Virus record (IMG/VR): IMGVR_UViG_3300024252_000004
Coordinates: 310,001 to 374,000 of that record
Direction: 5' to 3' (one strand)
DNA: 64,000 bases
The notes under the pieces were generated by a model, which worked only from the letters and a program-made list of their open reading frames with translations, was not told the origin of the DNA and did no database searches. This document shows positions 59,301 through 64,000 of this stretch, one piece after another (positions within the stretch are counted from its first letter, which is position 1; each line of letters starts with the position of its first letter). A program made the translations under genes and the position numbers.

Positions 59301-59482
59301 CTCAAGAGTCTATGATCGAATACGTTAAGGGGCATGCATCCGGGGAGCTTGGCTCCCACACAACGGAGGCGTCATTGAAGACCGAATATTTGAAGAAGAT
59401 CGCTAAGAGGCGCAAGTCTTGGGAGCGTATGATGTTAACGATGGGTGAGGCCGACATAGAGGTCGATGACCTCGTCGGCTGA
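53399..59482 (+). CDS. giant (2027 aa) putative late protein with dispersed Cys knuckles
   Basis: Uninterrupted ORF; TACTAAT at 53344; CPTC, CPF, GCG, CPA, VCG, CPHGH. Confidence 0.85.
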   Translation: MHKIANEVTFANQQMVERIFSRMRDGEYADTVATLSAIHDLMSQQADLSVIDATKEVIGDNNFVQGFARYITHYIGEGQFRGVPFESLSESLYAFRAPAAIPEGEQVPEAATTEPAEEEGLSKPDFAEDLERIKTQKYPEAERERVMMSFKNLGLHLKKLHEATEEGDVELYAEQIRGTIEFLDSLVKYAPLDKKDESDPDSKKKGPSKKRGSKVVKAGETNLSEEDVANRMDTRVRVQEIPATLSMETLGSHAIVRGIEIVSETGLTTETIRQTEESLVQVMNNAKKAFVHFEQLTSGMIERHRQTRTKGKGSDKADSKVSNSVLIDFNNLIYAIKGVDLFVKKAIRAAIMDPENSISGVELAGLRDKLLVPQFVADKAFFSETIVLGLSYLAVRDVGLLYAGIKTWGDFEGDTYSSVVEDYGKDLHGGRSLEDDTTEYIFKLMWSKFRRMLSATSTDQAVNDSDPMKNFISNVLFQKGFVAQNLRRDLRSSESSKVNIAKCPTCTRPIKWSGKPLKDLDLIQSRGAYLPMYSFVGKRLKDDGRKTSFIITERHLEEGGPYPAPDSSKIGNASQMNETKADGSLTNKAKLLKRTRSVIDSYEGSKTWSEILELLYSNEPAEHEEGLQRRAGALAHLGAVRLRHKRKGGAGVPVMTDISTIMYACPFQKEEAETGFSKSDIFSPKDEITKIKTELQYPDDPETQAAVGAIFDKIDELNLSFAEAVMNDPDIEALIRGELEEAFDQAYDLAGVVRGEDEAEEEGEVGPAFSPSGCGLKLSPYEDDPSKMTYGSNSNPNVLQYTWNPREFDETQEAAAQKSLSGGYKFSKTIFRCPARIVDPSSTDLIKYKNVAIPKSGPSGIGSGAYVPPTNASGYAAYDEIENGTFSYLVCGASTSLSAFDKTSGGEGSIYTILRNLLNVIKGSSATGESVTNSQKNAAKNIIDFLILEGIDYMDLIKALEVADAPEPELATTARLKKCRIKKIEKMLVTAARQLPSQFSEIEELVLVCPHGHRFSLKQSVGFSETHVSVRMSGANKGYAAAKELYALTGIESLEAAKRIGVIVRAVDEEELKTFEDIGSENHSVEELAFVIPDELGNPVRWKFSPRITDLIKKNAFSEYPGAGQEDIPSSIEYSKVKFGGQFLADLIKEGAGSGSEEEIAAGKQAAADYRRDEDAGSETLSRAIEGIDSKDLASNIEALARSLRGALKIVITWNNRAIEPEFFNKVVANSDFSIEGVPEEILSIDGLFYTEDDGLDSAALSAVLTAFAPRLKTYIVATNAFQGEDYVGSATALATAALVDAVVQVANDTEHDIEFDLDLDSDNTEFEFVYAKLASFFEDYRADFQKLIPYITHSDERYVAKAQEIASKTPVLSIFYTIASYRTEKKGQERTRLREAYGKKIFLVAYARYLANAIAVVYNECMAPGRCIPGAYIGYNIGVDLSTTDKVLALTSGDLRIIEDNPNLRGANHGIVLRNVVAAYNGIIARMSIARNMAISPIGLAEAKKELLRQSGTSGDPLAHAVFSSAFPMQTVDFGMENLTYGSGNIPNAFGIRAGKGRALPSELHESEEEGVEPAVLPPAMLPVTRRDGSPVLDRAGQQKVIPAYLHPDSGFDSSKFQIGMCMGKTGKSLTWPLDHASDFVGFPLPFNRDKTATVTRAADAAVYDFRFVIDIEGVPQDISFLFRRGRMTKEEDGERKNKYLPILRELYSKLDTFEDQRGDALEDAKNSEEEDAINNHFDDAIRETQSALKQIPLFIKAGKSYVRNKASLGSSEPKWISEAHPTALLVAPNEALNLIKNVERFAGMLSVAPNQELLERFVIQVYGLGVVRDIVQEAQNKYTDEIAEIRAEDIFDTHIDGNTSSGKKMLSHINSSLSKVYSEHLGQYYDLIPSGADGTGSNLVLLEASVPSFKENRRSESGFEVVPDEGLGTPPSIGKLASRMNKNNSISDFFGRGAEGDVGMTYLQKAQESMIEYVKGHASGELGSHTTEASLKTEYLKKIAKRRKSWERMMLTMGEADIEVDDLVG

Positions 59483-59522
59483 TTCTCAGCAAGCTGAAAA
59501 ACAATTGAAATAGGAACTGAAA

Positions 59523-59939
59523 ATGACTGAAGGAACACTTGATGAGGTACTCGTTGATCTGTCTGAGAAGAAGGAGATTACTCCGGAAGCAATTCGCAGA
59601 TTTTACAAAGAACTTGGAGAAGTAACGGAGACGATAAAGGCTGCTCGTGATGCCTTAAAAGAAGCGGTAAGTGACAACGAAGAGATCACCGGGATTGATG
59701 AAGAGATTGCGACCCTTAAGGAGCGCAGAAAAGAGATCATTGAGACAAATCCCGTACTCGTCGGGTACAAGGGCGAGCTTGACGATGCCACTGGTGACCG
59801 CAAGGATTTAGTGGCTGACGCTAAGCGCGACGGAATCCCCAGGAAGGAGATCACCACGGCAGAAAAAATGCTCAAGGGCGACATCGATCCTGAGGTCACC
59901 ACCGAGGTATATCTCAACATTGCCGACTTGGTTGGCTAA
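59523..59939 (+). CDS. GapR/DsbA-like dsDNA-binding protein
   Basis: Coiled coil then RKDLVADAKRDGIPRKEI..KMLK, resembling DUF2312. Confidence 0.55.
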   Translation: MTEGTLDEVLVDLSEKKEITPEAIRRFYKELGEVTETIKAARDALKEAVSDNEEITGIDEEIATLKERRKEIIETNPVLVGYKGELDDATGDRKDLVADAKRDGIPRKEITTAEKMLKGDIDPEVTTEVYLNIADLVG

Positions 59940-59959
59940 ATCAATTTTCGGAGAAACAA

Positions 59960-60334
59960 ATGAATGATTTCTTTTTGACTCGTTACGTGATCTGTGATTT
60001 ATTTACCGAGGAAGATGTCGTATTTTTTTCTGATTCAGATTATCATTGGGATTCAGGAGTTGCTTACGATGAGTTTGATGAATCTGCCCTTTTCAAAACT
60101 GAAGAGGAAGCAGATGAGGCGCTTAGAAAAATTCAAGATGATTTCATTAATAGCGGGACTCCGTCTAGCGAGTTAGATTTCACAATCCTTGAAATCAATC
60201 TTCTGCATGGTATTGCAGCAGAAATTAGAAAAGAAATGGTTTCTATTTACGGTTCATCCTTAACGGAATATTCTGCTGACGTAGATATGGCTATTGCTAT
60301 TGTGAAGTTGTTAAGAAAAAAGAAGATATTATGA
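59960..60334 (+). CDS. hypothetical protein
   Basis: GGAG RBS. Confidence 0.65.
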   Translation: MNDFFLTRYVICDLFTEEDVVFFSDSDYHWDSGVAYDEFDESALFKTEEEADEALRKIQDDFINSGTPSSELDFTILEINLLHGIAAEIRKEMVSIYGSSLTEYSADVDMAIAIVKLLRKKKIL

Positions 60335-60876
60335 GTTGGTGCCAAACATATACCGGCCAAATATCATACCCATTGGAGCCGGAGCGTGAGCAGGTTATAT
60401 CCTTAGAAGATATAGCTCATGCTCTGGCGCACCAATGTAGGTATAATGGACACTGCAAAAGCTTCTATTCTGTTGCTGAGCATTCAGTTTATGTTGCAGA
60501 AGAGATATATCGCAAGACGAGCAGCTACGAAGACGCCATGAAGGGCTTGTTACATGATGCGACGGAAGCATACCTTGGCGATATGCCGAGACCGATCAAG
60601 GCTTTGATCCCTCAGTTTCAGGAAATTGAGGCAGAGTGGCATAAGAAAATCTTTGCTCATTTCAAATTAAGTGAAGAGATGCCGTCGATTGTAAAAGAGG
60701 TTGACATTCAGTTGCTTTACACTGAAGCTCAACAGATCATGGTTTGGCCACCGCCACAATCATGGTATTTTCCAGATAACATACAAGGAATTGACGTACA
60801 AATTGAGTGCGTAAGTCCCGAAAGGGCAGAGAGAATGTTCTTAAATCACTTCTCTCGATACAATAAAAATCTCTAA
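60331..60876 (+). CDS. HD-domain phosphohydrolase (YfbR/YfdR-like 5'-deoxynucleotidase)
   Basis: DIAHALA..CRYNGH, YSVAEHS, LLHDATEAYLGD. Confidence 0.9.
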   Translation: MSWCQTYTGQISYPLEPEREQVISLEDIAHALAHQCRYNGHCKSFYSVAEHSVYVAEEIYRKTSSYEDAMKGLLHDATEAYLGDMPRPIKALIPQFQEIEAEWHKKIFAHFKLSEEMPSIVKEVDIQLLYTEAQQIMVWPPPQSWYFPDNIQGIDVQIECVSPERAERMFLNHFSRYNKNL

Positions 60877-60912
60877 ATTGATAGAGTACACGAAAACTAA
60901 GGAAGTTTAACC

Positions 60913-63900
60913 ATGGGTTCTTCAGGCAAAGCAGCGCCGTTCGTGTCATTACATAACCATACTGAATTGGGTTCCCCATTAGACGGGATGAATGACACCC
61001 ACGATTTATTCGTGAGGGCAAAAGAAATCGATCATGCAGCAGTGGCTGTCACTGATCACGGTACTATGACCGCAATATTCGATGCATGGGAAGCGTCAAA
61101 GAAAACGGGTGTACAGTTAATCCCAGGTATGGAAGCGTATTTCGCTAACGATTTATCAGTAAGGAAGAGTAACCATATGGTCTTCCTTGCCAAGAATGAA
61201 ATAGGATACAAAAACCTCTTGAGGCTTAGCTATGAGTCCTTCAAGAATCAGGTAAACAGCTACATGGGCAAAAAGGTTCCGAGAGTATCTTGGAAACACA
61301 TTGAGAAGTGGAATGAAGGTGTCATTTGCCTTACTGCTTGCTCCAATGGACTTATCGCCAAAACATTGATTACAGAAGAAGATGAGGCCAAAGCTATTTG
61401 CCATATGAATAGGCTTAACAATATCTTCAAAGATAATTTTTATCTTGAAATCCAGCCGCACTCCCTATATCACACGAATAAAAATGGAAGTGTTATTGAT
61501 CAAGGCGCTTTGAATTCTGCAATGGTTCGCCTATCTCACGATATGGGGATTCCATACGTCGTCACTTGCGATGCTCATTACAGAGATGCAGAGCACGCTA
61601 AGTATCATGATTTCATGCTTGCTGTGAAAGATAAAGCGGCTGTAGATGATCCTGACAGATTCCGTTACGGAGTTCAGGACATGTATCTTAAGACTCACGA
61701 AGAGATTGTCTCTCACTTTGGTCCTGCTATCGCACAGAAAGGAATGGATAATTCGATGAAGATCCTTGCCGAGTGTGAGAATCCAACATATCTTGAGCCA
61801 AAAGGACCGATCCTTCCAAAGTTTCCTGTTAGAGATGAGCCTGACTATAAGGCATTCTCTGGTTGGAGAGAAAAGAAGGCTGCTCATGTCGAAGAGGATA
61901 AAGCGTATCTTCGTTACAAGTGCATGGAAGGGTTCAAAAACATATTCCCAATGTTGCCACTTGAGCAAAAAAGAGAATATTGGGACAGAGTTAAAAAGGA
62001 GCTTGTCATCCTTGAAGATAAGGATTTCTCTTCTTACATGCTCATTGTTGCAGACTACACAAATTGGGCAAAAGAGCATATGCCTGTCGGACCAGCGAGA
62101 GGCTGTTTAGTTGGAAAAACTCATGTTATTATGAAAAATGAAGTCAAAAGGCTTGATCATATAGAAGTAGGTGACGAGCTATTTTCTCATAGCGGAAAGA
62201 TTCGAAAAGTTACAGATACTATGAAGTATGAGGTAGACGAAAACCTTTTAGAAATAGAGACATACTACGGAGATTCAGACCCCCTTGTATTAACAAAAGA
62301 TCATAAGGTTTTTGCCCAAAAGGCTTTGCGTCCTGATAATTACAATAATTGGGCTGATTCCACTAAAAAAGCGAGAGCTTCTTGGAAGAAGCCGACTTCG
62401 GATATTGAAGAGATTAGCGCAGAAGACTTAAGGGTTGGGGACTGGATATTTTACCCAAATTTGGATTTTAAAGGTGAAAACAACCTGACTTGGAATATTA
62501 AAAAAAATACAGAACTCATTTCTGTAAATTCAGAGTTTGATTATTCTATAAGAGATCTCAGCAAGAAGGCCGGACTTAGCAGGAGCTTTTTAACAAAAGT
62601 TGCTAATAGGCTTCCTCTAAATTTGAAAAATCAGAAAACTAAAGATTGTTTAATTAAGTTATCTGATTCAATAAGAGGATCTTTTGAAAACATAGAAAGC
62701 TGGATTTCTTACTGGAAGATAAATAGCTTCAGAAAGTACCATATAAATAAAGAAATAAAGTTAGATCAAGATTTAGCTTGGTTATTTGGAAAGTGGATTG
62801 CGGACGGATGGATGTCTAAAAGTGGAAAATGGGGAGTATGTTTTCATTCTGATGAAATCGAACAAATGAAAAGGGTTAAGTTTGTGTTGGAAGGCTTGGG
62901 GGTTAATTATATTAAAACTTATGAGCACAAAACGAAAAAGCTTGTTCAGTTCGAAACCTCAAATAAGCCACTTTTAATATGGTGGAAATCAATTTTTTCA
63001 GAATATGAATTTAGTTCGAAAACTAAATATATCCCTAAAGACTTAATGAGCGTTTCCAGACCTTTGCTGAGATATCTTATTGCCGGCATTATTGATGGTG
63101 ATGGTCATATAATGGAAAGCAGAGTTAATGTAACTACTGTTTCTAGAAAACTTGCAGAACAGTTAAAATATTGCTATTTAAGATTTTCACTGCCTTCTTC
63201 GATTTCTATTAACAAAAGAATTCATACACACCTTGGGCATACAGAGGAAAGCATATCTTATGCTGTAGAGGCTCCAAAAGATTCTAATAAAAATAGATAT
63301 GTTTGGCACAAAACAGACAAAGGTTTCTTTGTAAAAATAAACAAAATATCAGAAAGGAAAGATGTAGATTTTGTTTATGACATAACAGTTGATGAGGATC
63401 ATTCTTATTTGACCACAAATGGTGCAGTCCATAATTCAGCCGCAGGAAGCTTGGTCGCATTCTTAATTGGATGTACGACCATCAATCCTATGGATTATGG
63501 TCTTATCTTTGAGAGATTCCATAATGCACAGAAGACCAGTTTTCCAGATATCGATACAGATTTCGCTGAACCCGGAAAGGTTAAGGAATATCTAAAAGCT
63601 AAATACGGAGAAGATAAGGTTGCATCAATCTCTAACCTATCAACTATGTCTCCGAAGGTCGCGCTTAAAGATGCGGCTCGTTCATTGAGACTTGGCGGGG
63701 ATAAGAGTTCTGCATTCAAAATCGCCAACCATTTAACATCAATTATGCCTGACGCGAATTCTATCGAAGAAGCGATTGCTGCAAGCATGGCGACTGACCA
63801 ACAGGATTTCGCAAGGGAAATGAGGCGTTACCCTGAGCTTTACGAGTACGCTACAAAGCTCCAAGGTTTGACCAGAAACTGGGGTATGCATGCGGCTGGA

Positions 63901-64000
63901 GTTGTAATTTCTGATGTACCTCTTTACGAACTTGTTCCTCTTAGGATTGATCAGGTTGACCCGAAGAATCCAGACACTTGGATTACTGCAACTCAGTGGG
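60913..64000 (+). CDS. dnaE: DNA polymerase III alpha subunit, intein-containing, truncated by the window end
   Basis: Translated by hand: LHNHT, VTDHG, GPARG|intein|SAAGSLVAF, FERF, FPDIDTDF, GMHAAGVVI; no stop before 64000. Confidence 0.96.
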   Translation, partial: MGSSGKAAPFVSLHNHTELGSPLDGMNDTHDLFVRAKEIDHAAVAVTDHGTMTAIFDAWEASKKTGVQLIPGMEAYFANDLSVRKSNHMVFLAKNEIGYKNLLRLSYESFKNQVNSYMGKKVPRVSWKHIEKWNEGVICLTACSNGLIAKTLITEEDEAKAICHMNRLNNIFKDNFYLEIQPHSLYHTNKNGSVIDQGALNSAMVRLSHDMGIPYVVTCDAHYRDAEHAKYHDFMLAVKDKAAVDDPDRFRYGVQDMYLKTHEEIVSHFGPAIAQKGMDNSMKILAECENPTYLEPKGPILPKFPVRDEPDYKAFSGWREKKAAHVEEDKAYLRYKCMEGFKNIFPMLPLEQKREYWDRVKKELVILEDKDFSSYMLIVADYTNWAKEHMPVGPARGCLVGKTHVIMKNEVKRLDHIEVGDELFSHSGKIRKVTDTMKYEVDENLLEIETYYGDSDPLVLTKDHKVFAQKALRPDNYNNWADSTKKARASWKKPTSDIEEISAEDLRVGDWIFYPNLDFKGENNLTWNIKKNTELISVNSEFDYSIRDLSKKAGLSRSFLTKVANRLPLNLKNQKTKDCLIKLSDSIRGSFENIESWISYWKINSFRKYHINKEIKLDQDLAWLFGKWIADGWMSKSGKWGVCFHSDEIEQMKRVKFVLEGLGVNYIKTYEHKTKKLVQFETSNKPLLIWWKSIFSEYEFSSKTKYIPKDLMSVSRPLLRYLIAGIIDGDGHIMESRVNVTTVSRKLAEQLKYCYLRFSLPSSISINKRIHTHLGHTEESISYAVEAPKDSNKNRYVWHKTDKGFFVKINKISERKDVDFVYDITVDEDHSYLTTNGAVHNSAAGSLVAFLIGCTTINPMDYGLIFERFHNAQKTSFPDIDTDFAEPGKVKEYLKAKYGEDKVASISNLSTMSPKVALKDAARSLRLGGDKSSAFKIANHLTSIMPDANSIEEAIAASMATDQQDFAREMRRYPELYEYATKLQGLTRNWGMHAAGVVISDVPLYELVPLRIDQVDPKNPDTWITATQW
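62104..63435 (+). mobile_element. intein (444 aa) with LAGLIDADG homing endonuclease and HTH insertion
   Basis: Starts CLVGKTHV, block B TKDHK, ends VHN followed by Ser; LFGKWIADG and IAGIIDGDG; SIRDLSKKAGLSRSFL; AT-richer than its flanks. Confidence 0.95.

Noticed and set aside
53399-59482. Virion RNA polymerase subunit or tape measure
   Set aside because: No DxDGD catalytic motif or recognisable RNAP or tape-measure pattern; left as unknown.
1-64000. Genome-wide TAG or TGA stop-codon reassignment
   Set aside because: Long conserved genes (groEL, sbcC, dnaE) are open in the standard code, and TAG/TGA end genes at expected positions. Only one internal TAG was found.

Overview
A 64-kb segment of a large (jumbo-type) dsDNA bacteriophage genome. 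It is densely coding and almost entirely on the + strand. The left third is an accessory region of short hypothetical genes. It also holds tRNA-Asp(GTC), tRNA-Leu(CAA), a complete tmRNA, an SPFH protein, a metallophosphoesterase, PyrB, a sulfotransferase, an RNA ligase, SohB, SpoU, AlkB and endonucleases. The rest carries GroEL, Hsp20, PurA, IMPDH/GMPR, ThyX, MoxR+VWA, an M16 peptidase, KhpA, HU, an FtsK motor, a primase zinc finger, SbcD/SbcC, a Cas4-like nuclease, a sigma factor, a 2027-aa orphan and the 5' part of DnaE with a LAGLIDADG intein (absent from the ORF track). Patterns read by eye: (1) two non-sigma70 promoter-like motif families, TACTAAT ~35-55 nt before putative late genes and TCTAA-N14-GKTATA in intergenic gaps; (2) two adjacent genes with in-frame nested TACTAA(T/C)+RBS+ATG starts that expose a shared N-terminal helix motif, plus recurrent K-x-A motifs, suggesting a capsid-targeting/maturation code; (3) a tRNA-Asp with an 8/4 acceptor/T-stem fold; (4) hairpins that sequester ribosome-binding sites and contain promoters; (5) a strand-polarised CGCACGC motif inside coding regions. 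All product calls come from motif recognition, not database searches.
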